NCBI GenBank assembly: GCA_951406725.2
Contig: OX597815.1
Coordinates: 24,428,001-24,492,000 of the forward strand
Reading direction: 5' to 3'
From: Octopus vulgaris
Taxonomy: Eukaryota
Length of the DNA: 64,000 nt
In this document: one piece after another, positions 36,701 through 50,947 of the stretch
Layout of the letters: each line of letters starts with the position of its first letter
Numbering within the stretch: the first letter of the stretch is position 1
The notes under the pieces: generated by a model
What the model saw: only the letters and a program-made list of their open reading frames with translations
Told to the model about the DNA's origin: nothing
Database searches by the model: none
Made by a program: the position numbers and the translations under genes

Positions 36701-38070
36701 AGGTTCAGTCCCACTGCGTGGTATCTTGGGATCTGACTAAAACCCTTTAAAGTGATAATCCTGCATGGCCACAGTCAAATGACTGAACCAAGTAAAAGAG
36801 CAAATGTATATATATACCAAATATACAAATATATAAATAAATAAATAAAAAAATAATACGATACAATTTTGTCATGAGGGGAGAGGCAATAGAGATATGT
36901 ATATATAAGATTGTTGCAAATGACATACAGCAAGATAATAATGATAAAGAAACAAAAATTCGTTTAAATGTCTATTTGAGTGGACACTTGTACAAACACA
37001 TACACGCTTATAATAATGAAATTATTGTATACAGTGCTCAGGTGCACCACAACTTGTCAAAAAGTGTATATAAAGCATATGCAGTAATGTAAAAATGTCT
37101 AGGAAGTGAACAGTGTATGAGTCAGATACATGCTTGCGTGTGTATGGAGGGGAGAAAATCAGGTGTAGTGTTGGTGAATCTGAGGAAGCACGGAAGTTTT
37201 GAAGGATGCATTGCTCCGACAACTAACAACTGATGCCAGCAGTTTGTTCCATACTTCAGCAACTCTTAGTGTGAAAAAATGTTTCCGAAAGTCATGGGAG
37301 CTGTGCTGTTTTCTGACTTTGTAAACATGTCCATGGGTGTTAGAAAGATGGAGTTTGAAAAGGTGCTCAGAGTTGTTGTTTGTAAGATGGTTAATAATTT
37401 CATGGGTGTCTGCCAAGTCAGCTGCCAGACGTCGGAATTTCAATGTGTCCAGGCCCAGGGAAGTAAGGCGTTCAGAATATGGCAAATGCCTGATGGAGGG
37501 TATTCTCTTGGTTGCACGTCGCTGAACAGCTTCCAGACGATTAATATCCTGGGCAAGATAGGGATTCCAGACCGGTGATGCAAATTCCAGGTGAAGTCAC
37601 ACCATAGCTGTATAAAGCCGCAGATAGATAGCCGGAGAGTGGCTCACAAAGGACTTGGTGAGTGATGCCAAGACACACAAACACACACACACACACACAC
37701 ATATGCATGACAAGCTTCTTTCAGTTTCCATCTACCAAATCCACTCACAAGGCTTTGGTTGGCTTGAGACTATAGTGAAAGACATTTGCCCAAGATACCA
37801 TGCAGTGAGACTGGACCCTAGACCATGTGGTTTGGCAGCAAGCTTCTTACCACACAGCCATGCCTGTACCTCCACACACACACAATAACAAATTCAAATT
37901 TATATCGATTACTGTTTTCAGTAAATGAGATGAAAAAATTAGACTCAAATGGTTTGATTTTAGAAAACTAGTGACTATGAATGTTTAGATATAAAAGACT
38001 GAGAAACAGGTAAAAAATGTTTTATACATTATATATACATATATTCACACATGTCCACACAAACACACAC
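33711..38070 (+). repeat. 4.3 kb duplication of about 41919-46245
   Basis: Collinear; duplicated ORFs at offsets 8213 and 8022; differs by SNPs and two indels of about 150-190 bp. Confidence 0.95.
37015..37676 (-). mobile_element. CR1-type LINE 3' end (also 45037-45698)
   Basis: Reverse complement of the element at 4525-5153. Confidence 0.9.
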
Positions 38071-38094
38071 GTGGCTGTGTGGTAAGTAGCTTGG

Positions 38095-39556
38095 ACGACT
38101 AATAGAGAAAGTAGTCTTTACATGTGGCAGAAGTACAGGCCCATTAAACACCAAGAATGTACAAAAAATAGACTCCCTTATATGCCAGGGGAGATCCCTA
38201 GAAGTAGTAAACAATTTCCATTACTTAGGTGATCAAGTTAGTAGTAGGGGTGGTTGTTCCAAAAGCATAGCCTTTCACTCTGAGGGAGAGGCCTTTCATT
38301 ACTAACAGAAGTAGTAGCTCTCTGAACTTCACTCAGCCTATTCTTCTGAGGGAGAGGCCTTTCATTACTAACAGAAGTAGTAGCTCTCTGAACTTCACTC
38401 AGCCTATTCTTCTGAGGGAGAGGCCTTTCATTACTAACAGAGGTAGTAGCTCTCTGAACTTCACTCAGCCTATTCTTCTGAGGGAGAGGCCTTTCATTAC
38501 TAACAGAAGTAGTAGCTCTCTGAACTTCACTCAGCCTATTCTTCTGAGGGAGAGGCCTTTCATTACTAACAGAAGTAGTAGCTCTCTGAACTTCACTCAG
38601 CCTATTCTTCTGAGGGAGAGGCCTTTCATTACTAACAGAAGTAGTAGCTCTCTGAACTTCACTCAGCCTATTCTTCTGAGGGAGAGGCCTTTCATTACTA
38701 ACAGAAGTAGTAGCTCTCTGAACTTCACTCAGCCTATTCTTCTGAGGGAGAGGCCTTTCATTACTAACAGAGGTAGTAGCTCTCTGAACTTTGCCAGGCC
38801 TATTCTTATTCAATAATAGGCTGAGTGAAGTTCAGAGAGCCACTACCTCTGTTAGTAATGAAAGGCCTCTCTCTCAGAGTGAAAGGCAGAGTGTATGATG
38901 CCTGTCTATGAACAGCTATGCTACATGGCAGTGATATATGGGTTGTGACTACTGAGAATATGTGAAGATTTGAAAGAAATGAAGCCAGTGTGCTCCACTG
39001 GATGGTGAATGTCACATATGACAGAGTGTGAGTGATTTGAAAGAAAAACTGGGTATACTTAGCATCAGATGTAGTGTGCAAGAGAGAATACTGCGCTGGT
39101 GTGGCCATGCAACATGTATGAATGGGGACAGTTGCATCAAGGGGTGCTGATCTCTAATTGTAGAGGGAACATGTGGAAGGGGTAGATCCAGGAAGACATT
39201 GGACGAAATGGTGAGAAAGGATCTACAAACATTGGGACTCACAGAGAGGATGACAGGAGACCAAGACTCCTGGCAGTTTGCTGTGCTTGAAAAGACATGT
39301 CAAGCTAAGTAAAAGCATGGTTGTCCTTGCATACAGGCTCATCAGAGCATTCCTAATCTCATGGGCTCATAAGCACTGGTGCCATGTAAAAAGCATCCAG
39401 TACACTCTGTAAAATGGTTGGCATTAGGAAGGGCGTCCAGCCATAAAAACTGTATCAAAACAGACATAAAGCCTAAACAGCCCTTCAGCTGGTCAACTCC
39501 TGTCAAACCGTCCAACCCATGCTGGCATGGAAAGCAGACATTAAATAATGATGATG
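38095..39556 (+). mobile_element. Older RTE-X-like LINE copy, interrupted by a minisatellite
   Basis: Decayed homologue of 22294-23575 ([33 protein letters not shown]) ending in the same tail. Confidence 0.85.
38270..38810 (-). repeat. 66-bp minisatellite x8 derived from an inverted LINE segment
   Basis: TGAGGGAGAGGCC at 38281 and every 66 bp up to 38743; the unit is the reverse complement of about 38815-38887. Confidence 0.95.
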
Positions 39557-42500
39557 AGATAGGCTTCTCTCAGTTTCTGTTTATCAAATCCACTTGTGGC
39601 TTATAGTAGATGATGTGGCGAGCTGGCAGAATCGTTAGCATGCCGGGCAAAATGCTCAGCGGTATTTCGTCTGCTGTTACGTTCTGAGTTCAAATTCCAC
39701 CGAGATCGACTTTGCCTTTCATTCTTTCGGGGTCGATTAAATAAGTACCAGTTACGCACTGGGGTTGATGTAATCGGCTTAATTCCTTTGTTTGTCCTCT
39801 CTGTAATTAACCTCTTGTAGGCAATAAAGAAATATATAGTAGATGATGTGCTCAAGGTGACATGCAGTGGGACTGAACCCAAGACCGCATGGTTTGGAAA
39901 CAAGCTTCTTAGCCACACGGCCATGCTCATGTGTGAGTTTACATAATGTGGTTGTTTAATGTGTGAGTGGAGACGCAATGGCCCAGTGGTTAGGGCAGCG
40001 GACTCACGGTCATAGGATCGCGGTTTCGATTCCCAGACCAGGCGTTGTGAGTGTTTATTGAGCGAAAACACCTAAAAGCTCCACGAGGCTCCGGCGGGGG
40101 ATGGTGGTGATCCCTGCTGTACTCTTTCACCACAACTTTCTCTCACTCTTACTTCCTGTTTCTCTTGTACCTGTATTTCAAGGGGCCGGCCTTGTCACTC
40201 TTTGTGTCACGCTGAATATCCCCGAGAACTGCGTTAAGGGTGCACGTGTCTGTGGAGTGCTCAGCCACTTACACGTTAATTTCACGAGCAGGCTGTTCCA
40301 TTGATTTGGATCAACCGGAACCCTCATCGTCGTAACCGACGGAGTGCTTAAGAAGAAGTTTAATGTGTATTTATGATATGAAGGATTCTTTATAGATATG
40401 ACAACTTCACTAGTGCTGAAGTTTGATAAAACGCACTTAGTATGTTGTAAAGTGGCTGACAAATGAACAAAGACAATATAGGACCAAGAGAACTTAAGTT
40501 TTGTCAAGACACCCTCTGATACCATGATAAAAGGCACTCATTACATTATCTAATGTTGTTGAGAAGAAGAAGAGATTCCAGCTCTAGAAAACCAGGCCAA
40601 AATTGATATTGTATGAGCAAGACATGGTACTCTGATTTGCTTAGGAAGGCAGTAATTCCAAACAGGAACTGAATCTGACCCTGATAGCACTTCCAACATA
40701 GAAAGTGGAGCTAAAAATCATAATGAGAATTTTTAATATAAATTAAGGATGAAGTTATTGGTTTAACTTACACTCTTCCATGCTTGCAGAAGTTGGATGC
40801 AATTTGTCACCGTAGGTTTTCTACAGCTGGATGCCTTTCCTGTTGCTAACCCTCACCTGTTTCCAAGTAAGGTAATATTTTCTCATGGCAAGACATGTTT
40901 TCACAGAAGGTCGGATATGAACGACACCACTTGTATGAAGGTGATGCTCATTTACAACTATCACGTGATATCAAGACTAGTGTATACATATATGCACACA
41001 TACATGATTGGCTTCTTTCAACTTCCACCTACAAAATCCGCTTACAAGTTAGATGCGGTAGAATGTTTGTGCTTGGGTTCTCTTCACTGTTTAGTAGTAA
41101 TTGCTGAGACAGATAGAATGATGTTGTAAGAGCTATAGTAGACATTTGGCCAAGGTGATGCACAGTGGGACTGAACCTAAAATCACATGATTGGGAAACA
41201 AGCTTCTTAATTACACAAGACAGGTTAAAACTGGATCATTCTAAAGCCCACCTCTAATGTAGATATTTGAAGAAAAATAGAAAATATTTTGTTGTGTCTA
41301 AAGAGAGTAATTATACCAATATTTATTTCTTTATTGCCCACAAGGGGCTAAACATAGAGGGGACAAACAAGGACAGACAAAGGGATTGAGTCGATTAAAT
41401 CAACCCCAGTAGGTAACTGGTACTTTCTTTATCGACCCCGGAAGGACGAAAGGCAAAGTCGACCTCGGCGGAATTTGAACTCAGAACGAAGCAACAGACG
41501 AAATACTGCTGAGCATTTCGCCCGGCGTGCAAACGATTCTGCCAGCTCGCCGCCAATATTATACCAATATTATGAACACACACTGGTTTAATTCCATTCT
41601 TTTATACACACACAAACATATATAGACATACATGCAAACACAATAGGTAGATGCACGCACAGACACACAGCATGCAAACACACACACATAGGAATATGCA
41701 GAATACTGTCTGGCCCCCGTGTCGGTGGCATGTAAAAGCACCATCCGTTCGTGCCCGTTGCCAGCCTCGCCTGGCCCCCGTGCCGGTGACACGTAAAAGC
41801 ACCATCCGTTTCGTGGCTGTTTGCCAGCTCTGTCTGGCCCCCGTGTTGGTGGCACGTAAAAGCACCATCCGTTCGTGTCCGTTGCCAGCCTCGCCTGGCC
41901 CCCGTGCCGGTGACACGTAAAAGCACCATCCGTTTCGTGGCCGTTTGCCAGCTCTGTCTGGCCCCCGTGTTGGTGGCACGTAAAAAGCACCATCCGTTCG
42001 TGCCCGTTGCCAGCCTCGCCTGGCCCCCGTGCCGGTGACACGTAAAAGCACCATCCGTTTCGTGGCCGTTTTCCAGCTCTGTCTGGCACCTGTGCAGGTG
42101 GCACGTAAAAAGCACCCACTACACTCACGGAGTGGTTGGCGTTAGGAAGGGCATCCAGCCGTAGAAACACTGCCAGATCTGACTGGGCCTGATGAAGCCT
42201 TCCAGCTTCACAGACCCCAGTTGAACCGTCCAACCCATGCTAGCATGGAGAACGGACGCTAAATGATGATGATGATGATGATGATACATGCATAAAGATA
42301 CACACACATACACATACCTGCTGCAACAAGATCTTGAACAGACAAATGTGACTTGTGTAACAGACTAAAAGAAAAGTCGCTGAGAAGGTTGCAAATAGCG
42401 ACAAAAAAGCTTTGACAAACAAAACAAATGACTCAATGAGTGGCTGTGTGGTAAGTAGCTTGCTAACCAACCACATGGTTCCGGGTTCAGTCCCACTGCG

Positions 42501-45500
42501 TGGCATCTTGGGCAAGTGTCTTCTGCTATAGCCCTGGGCCGACCAATGCCTTGTGAGTGGATTTGGTAGACGGAAACTGAAAGAAGCCTGTCGTATATAT
42601 GTATATATATATATATATGTGTATGTGTGTGTGTTTGTCCCCCTAGCATTGCTTGACAACCGATGCTGGTGTGGTTACATCCCCGTCACTTAGCGGTTCG
42701 GCAAAAGAGACCGATAGAATAAGTACTGGGCTTACAAAGAATAAGTCCCGGGGTCGATTTGCTCGACTAAAGGCGGTGCTCCAGCATGGCCGCAGTCAAA
42801 TGACTGAAACAAGTAAAAGAGTAAATTGACTCGTTAGTTGGATATTTGACCAATTAACTAATGATAAAGGAGTGGAATTGAACCAGGGCATGTTATTAGT
42901 ATTGGTACAATGACACTCCCTCGACAACAAAATTTGTTTCAATACACAAACTCACATAAAGAATCTTGCAAACCAGATACAAAAATGAAGAAGAAAATAT
43001 ATTTATATGGGAGGATATTATACTCTTTACTCTTTTACTTGTTTATCATATTACTGTGGCCATGCTGGAGCACCACCTTCAGTCGAGTAAATCGACCCCA
43101 GGACATATTCTTTGTAAGCCTAGTACTTCTTATTCTATCGGTCTCTCTTGCCGAACTGCTAAGTGACAGGGGCGTAAACACACCAACATCGGTTGTCAAG
43201 CGATGTTGTGGGGATAAGCACAGACACACAAACATATATAAACACACATACATATACATATATACGACGGGCTTTTTTTAGTTTCCGTCTACCAAATCCA
43301 CTCACAAGGCTTTGGTCAGCCCGAGGCTGTAGAAGAAGACACTTGCCCAAGGTGCCACGCAGTGGGACTGAACCCGGAACCATGTGGTTGGTTAGCAAGC
43401 TACTTACCGCACAGCCACTCCTGCACCTATCTGTGACAGAAATATTTAAAGGTAATAGAAAATGTGTGTTTTTATTTTCTTTCTTTCTTTTAAAATATGT
43501 CATTTTGACATTCAAAATGCTGAAATAGTAATGTCATGACTAAAGAGCCAAGTCAGTTATTGTTTGTCATACCAGAGCCAAGTAAGTTATTGTTTGTTGT
43601 AAAGCTTTGTGCTTAGATTTGGAAAATGGAAACTAAAAGAAGCAGGTCACATGTGTGTAGTGTCTGTGTTTGTCCACCTTAACCCCACCACCACCACCAC
43701 CATCACCACATGACAACGGGCGTCGGTGTGTTTACGTCACACTTGTTTACAACCACCAAATACAGTCAAGGCAAGGACACAATAACACATGCATATATGG
43801 GCATATAAACACACGCCCACACACACACAATTTCTTTCTCACAAATCCACTCACAAGGCTTTGGCTGACTTGAGTCCATAGTTGAAGACACTTGACACAA
43901 AGACACAAAGGTGCCAGTGGGACTGAACCCCAAACCATGTGGTTGGGAAGCAAACCCCTTACCACACAGCTGATAATTAAAAAAGTATAAGAGCATCTGA
44001 AGTAGGGTATTTATTCATTTTAGAAACTTTAAGATTAGGTAAAAATTAAAAGAATAGAATATATTCATATAATTAAGGCCGATGCCAGCGCTGCCTTGAC
44101 TGGTTTCCATGTCGGGGGCACGTAAAAACCACCAACTGATCGTGGCCATTGCCAGCCTCCCCTGGCACGTAAAAAGCACCGTCCGAACGTGGTCAATGCC
44201 AGCACCACCTCAACTGGCTTCCATGCCAGTGGGACGAAAAAAGCAACGTGGCCGCTTCCAGCCACCCCTGGCACCTGTACCAGTGGCACGTAAAAAGCAC
44301 CCACTACACTCACGGAGTGGTTGGCGTTAGGAAGGGCATCCAGCTGTAGAAACACAGCCAGATCAGACTGAAGCCTGGTGCAGCCTCCTGGCTTCCCAGA
44401 CCCCGGACGAACCATCCAACCCATGCTAGAATGGAAAGCGGACGTTAAACGATGATGATGATGAATTAATATTAGAGGTCAATTTAGTATTCATTGGAGC
44501 TTTTGAGATCAATATAATGTTATACCAGTCAAATATTGGGCTTTTTTTTGTAATTGGTTTTATCCTCTCTCAAACTTTGTAACCATATGTCAGTGCTAGA
44601 AATCAATATCAGAGGTGAATGAATGTACAGAAATTATACAGTGTGAAGTTTATAGAATTTAGGTTTTAAAGGCACAGATGTGGCTATGTGGTAAGAAGCT
44701 TGCTTCCCAACCACATGGTTCCAGGTTCAGTCCCACTGCGTGGTATCTTGGGATCTGACTAAAACCCTTTAAAGTGATAATCCTGCATGGCCACAGTCAA
44801 ATGACTGAACCAAGTAAAAGAGCAAATGTATATATATACCAAATATACAAATATATAAATAAATAAATAAAAAAATAATACGATACAATTTTGTCATGAG
44901 GGGAGAGGCAATAGAGATATGTATATATAAGATTGTTGCAAATGACATACAGCAAGATAATAATGATAAAGAAACAAAAATTCGTTTAAATGTCTATTTG
45001 AGTGGACACTTGTACAAACACATACACGCTTATAATAATGAAATTATTGTATACAGTGCTCAGGTGCACCACAACTTGTCAAAAAGTGTATATAAAGCAT
45101 ATGCAGTAATGTAAAAATGTCTAGGAAGTGAACAGTGTATGAGTCAGATACATGCTTGCGTGTGTATGGAGGGGAGAAAATCAGGTGTAGTGTTGGTGAA
45201 TCTGAGGAAGCACGGAAGTTTTGAAGGATGCATTGCTCCGACAACTAACAACTGATGCCAGCAGTTTGTTCCATACTTCAGCAACTCTTAGTGTGAAAAA
45301 ATGTTTCCGAAAGTCATGGGAGCTGTGCTGTTTTCTAACTTTGTAAACATGTCCACGGGTGTTAGACAGATGGAGTTTGAAAAGGTGCTCAGAGTTGTTG
45401 TTTGTAAGATGGTTAATAATTTCATGGGTGTCTGCCAAGTCAGCTGCCAGACGTTGGAGTTTCAATGTGTCCAGGCCCAGGGAAGTAAGGCGTTCAGAAT

Positions 45501-47103
45501 ATGGCAAATGCCTGATGGAGGGTATTCTTTTGATTGCACGTCGCTGAACGGCTTCCAGACGATTAATATCCTGGGCAAGATAGGGGTTCCAGACCGGTGA
45601 TGCAAATTCCAGGTGAAGTCACACCATAGCTGTATAAAGCCGCTGATAGATAGCCGGAGAGTGGCTCACAAAGGACTTGGTGAGTGATGCCAAGACACCC
45701 TCAGCCCTGAAGAATTTTTTATTGAATGTATTGATCCCAGTACATTTTTTGAAGCCTTGTACTTATCCTATGGGGTCTTTCTTGTTGAATTGCTTAGTGA
45801 AGGGGACATAAACACACCAGCACTGGTTAGTAGAGGACAGACACAGACAGACACTACACACACACACACACATACATATGCATGACAAGCTTCTTTCAGT
45901 TTCCATCTACCAAATCCACTCACAAGGCTTTGGTTGGCTTGAGACTATAGTGAAAGACATTTGCCCAAGATACCATGCAGTGAGACTGAACCCTAAACCA
46001 TGTGGTTTGGCAGCAAGCTTCTTACCACACAGCCATGCCTGTACCTCCACACACACACAAAAACAAATTCAAATTTATATCGATTACTGTTTGCAGTAAA
46101 TGAGATGAAAAAATTAGACTCAAATGGTTTGATTTTAGAAAACTAGTGACTATGAATGTTTAGATATAAAAGACTGAGAAACAGGTAAAAAATGTTTTAT
46201 ACATTATATATACATATATTCACACATGTGCACACAAACACACACATACATACAATATATACAAACACACATATGCATATTTACATATACACAATATACA
46301 ATACACACACACATATATTCTTTTACGTGTTTCAGTCATTTGAATGTGGCCATGCTGGAGCACCGCCTTTAGTCGAGCAAATTGACCCCGGGACTTATTC
46401 GTTGTGAGCCCAGTACTTATTCTATCGGTCTCTTTTGCCGAACCGCTAAGTGACGGGGACGTAAACACACCAGCATCGGTTGTCATGCAATGCTAGGGGG
46501 ACAAACACAGATGAACAAACACACACACATACATATATATATACATATATACGACAGGCTTCTTTCAGTTTCCGTCTACCAAATCCACTCACAAGGCATT
46601 GGTCGGCCCGGGGCTATAGCAGAAGACACTTGCCGAAGATGCCACGCAGTGGGACTGAACCCGGAACCATGTGGTTGGTAAACAAGCTACTTACCACACA
46701 GCCACTCCTGTATATATTATACTCTTTTATTCTTTTATTTTTTTCAGTCATTTGACTGTGGCCATGCTGGAGCATCGCCTTTAGTTGAAGAAATCAACCC
46801 CAGGACTTATTTGTTTGTAAGTCTAGTACTTGTTCTATCACTATCTTTTGCCGAACCGCTAAGTTTCGGGCACATAAGCACACTAACATCAGTTGTAAAG
46901 CAATGCTTGGGGGGGGGGCATAAACATACACACATGTATGTGTGTGTGTGTGTGTGTATGTATACAACGGGCTTCTTTCAGTTTCTATCCACAAGGCTTT
47001 GGTTCGTGAGAAGAAGAAACTTGCCCAAGGCTCTATGCAGTGGGACTGAATATGGAACCATACGGTTGGTAAGCAAGCTACTTACCAGTCAGCCACTCCT
47101 GTG

Positions 47104-47169
<66 letters not shown>

Positions 47170-50100
47170 CACACATACATATATGCATATATGTACATAG
47201 ACATACATATCTATACATAGACATACGTATATATACATAGACATATATATACACACATACATTCTCATACGCACAGACATAAATACACACATATATATCT
47301 ATACATATAAATTTGACATGGGCAATTCTTGTCATGGGATTCACAGTCAAATGGCCGGGTGGAATTGCACAAAAAACTATACATATATGAAGAATGATCA
47401 GGTGGTGATGCTGGGCTTTGTATTTTTTTCATAGTTCCCATGGTTACCAAGATAATCTACTATAATCATAATCTTGTATTTATGAATGATACATGAATAA
47501 GGAAGGAAGGAAGGGGGTGATGACATATTTTTTCATAGTTCTCATGGTTACTGAGATAATCTACTATAATTACACTCTTGTGTTTATGAATGAGAAAGGA
47601 AGGGGTGATACATGAATAAGGAAGGATGGGGGTGATGTCATACTTGATAGTTATCATCATCATCACCATTGTTTAACGTCCGTTTTCCATGCTAGCATGG
47701 GTTGGACGGTTCGACTGGGGTCTGGGAAGCCAGAAGGCTGCACCAGGCTCCAGTCTGATCTGGCAGTATTTCTACAGCTGGATGCCCTTCCTAATGCCAA
47801 CCACTCTGTGAGTGTAGTGGGTGCGTTTTACGTGCCAGGTGAGGCTGGCAATGGCCACGATCGGTTGGTGCTTTTTACGTACCAACCGAGCCAGAGTTCT
47901 TTCATCACACTTCTGTGACCTCATCAGTGGTCCTTTGCTTTCTTCTTTCTTATTTGTGTGTCTCTCCTTACTAACGGTCAGCCATTTTGTAGTTTGTATT
48001 CCTATTGCATGTGTCTTCATTTGCGCATGCGTATACCTCTATGTGTGTCTATGTTTAGTCAGAGTGGGGGGAGGGAGTGCCTGTAATATTTGTATCTCCT
48101 GTTGATACACGTTCGTGTAATTTGTTTTTGTTTATTTTTATTTTGTTCATGAGTTTACACCTATTTTTTGGTTGTATTTAGTTTAATTTTTTTTCTATTT
48201 TAATGTATATAGTTATTTACTTCCATTTGTTTATTTATCTCTTTACTCTTTTTTTTTTTTTTACTCTTTTTACTTGTTTCAGTCATTTGACTGCAGCCAT
48301 GCTGGAGCACCGCCTTTAGTCGAGCAAATCGACCCCGAGACTTATACTTTGTAAGCCCAGTACTTATTCTATCGGTCTCTTTTGCCGAACCGCTGCGTGA
48401 CGGGGACGTAAACACACCAGCATCAGTTGTCAAACAATGCTAGGGGGACAAACACAGATGAACAAACACACACATACATATATACATATATACGACAGGC
48501 TTCTTTCAGTTTCCGTCTACCAAATCCACTCACAAGGCATTGGTCGGCCCGGGGCTATAGCAGAAGACACTTGCCCAAGATGCCACGCAGTGGGACTGAA
48601 CCCGGAACCATGTGGTTGGTTAGCAAGCGGCTTACCACACAGCCACTCCTGCGCCTGGTGTATTTTATTATGTTTTTAGTTTTGTTTATACTGTTATCAG
48701 TTTATGGGGATCTTCTTCTGTCACATGAAAAAAAAAAAGTTAAGATTAATGTAAAAAATAAATAACGCTGAAGTAAAATTAACACCAAATATATAGTGTG
48801 TGTGTTTTTATTGGCTAAACTGGCAAAATGACCATTCCTAAATGCAACAACAACATATATATATATATGGAGCTCTAAAATGTGCGAGTTAATATATATA
48901 TACATACACACACACATATATATATATATTCGATGATAATGATGATAATGATATCATCATCATCATCAGCATCATCGTTTAACATCCACTGTCCATGCTA
49001 GCATGGGTTGGACGATTAACTCGCACATTTTAGAGCTTCATTATTCAGGAGCAAAATCCTTTGAACAGGTTCCATTAGATTTTAATTTTGGAATCTGGGC
49101 ATTAAGATGAATAGTATGAGATAAATATGTCATACAATTGAGTGGGCAAACAAAAATCTGAGACACTGCCTTGAAGAATTTTTTTATTTAGATAAGCTTG
49201 GTACTATCAGTCGCTTTTTGTCAAACCAGTAAGTTATGGGGATGTAAATAAACCAACAGCAGTTGTCAAGCAATGATGAGGGAGAAACCCAGAGACAAAG
49301 ACACATAATACACTTACATATATACATATACTCTTTTACTTGTTTCAGTCATTTGACTGCGGCCATACTGGAGCACCGCCTTTAGTCGAGCAACTCGACC
49401 CCAGGACTTATTCTTTTTTGTAAGCCCAGTACTTATTTTATCAGTCTCTTTTTGCCGAACCGCTAAGTGACGGAGGACATAAACACACCAGCATTGGTTG
49501 TCAAGCAATGCTAGGGGAACAAACACAGACACACAAACACACACACATACATATATATATATACATATATACGACAGGCTTCTTTCAGTTTCCGTCTACC
49601 AAATCCACTCACAAGGCATTGGTCGGCCCGGGGCTATGGCAGAAGACACTTGCCCAAGATGCCACGCAGTGGGACTGAACTCGGAACCATGTGGTTGGTT
49701 AGCAAGCTACTTACATATACAATTGATTTCTTTCAGTTTCTGTCTATGAAATCCACTGACAAAGCTTTGGTTGGTCTGAGGCATATATAGCAGAAGACAC
49801 ATGCCAAGTTACCACACTGTGGGACTGAACCCAGGACCATGTGTTTTGGAACCAAGTTTCTTACCACACAGCCACACCTGCACCCTTATATATGTGTGTG
49901 TGTGTGTATGTATGTGTGTATATATATGTATGTATATGTGCATGCATATATATATATCTATCTCTTATGTATAAATGTATGTGCGCATATATATATATAT
50001 ATAGGTATATGCGCACATATATATATATAAACATATATATATAGTAAGCACATATACATATATAAAAACACACATAAATACGCACACATAAACAAACACA

Positions 50101-50272
50101 CACACACACATATATATATATATACATACACACACACAAGCACATATATACATACACTCACTTACTCACGCACGCACACACACACACGCGCGCATACACA
50201 CACATACACATATTGACTCCTGCTAGAAGTCAATTTGTGTATATATATATATATGTACATATTACATATACG

Positions 50273-50304
<32 letters not shown>

Positions 50305-50477
50305 CGTGTGTGTGTTTCTTCAATGCAAGGCCTAAGCACAGACAAATTTGGCATGAAGGCTTTTCATTGCTCGAGGAATTTTCTAGCAGGATTCAATATG
50401 TGTTTGTGTGTGTATGTGCGCGCGCGCGTGTGTGTGCGTGCGTGAGTAAGTGAGTGTATGTATATATGTTTGTGTGC

Positions 50478-50529
<52 letters not shown>

Positions 50530-50866
50530 TTGTTTATGTGTGTGTTTATATATGTATATATACTTACTTATGTCTGTATATACATGCAACTTTTCTTAGG
50601 AATTTGAATTCCAAGAAAAAATTATTTACTAAAGATTTACGTAAACCACGCCTCACGCCTTTGTATGCTGTTCGTAGAATATGCCTCGAATTCTGAGAAG
50701 TCATTATGCCTGTGTGTGTGTGTGTGTGTCAAATATATATATATATAGCATCTCGTAAGATCTACGCACGCAGACACACAAAGCTCCGTAACATCGTTGA
50801 GGTACAGTTGTCTCTCCTTGAGATATTAGATAATTGTTTACAAGTTACGATCCGTACAGAATCATC

Positions 50867-50947
50867 ATGGCCAAAGAAGCAGAAGAAATTGTTCGGAGGG
50901 TTAACGAAATCCTCGGCCCATTTGGTTTTGAGGCGCATCCCTTCAAA
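50867..50947 (+). CDS. MMACHC: MMACHC homologue copy B, exon 1
   Basis: Identical to copy A exon 1 except AAG>AGG (K11R); GT donor at 50948. Confidence 0.93.

Noticed and set aside
38238-38813. 191-aa ORF with 22-aa repeats
   Set aside because: By-product of the 66-bp LINE-derived minisatellite.
39968-40045. tRNA gene candidates (also SINE heads elsewhere and 21172-21240)
   Set aside because: They run into SINE bodies or tails and lack a clean acceptor stem; treated as tRNA-derived repeats.
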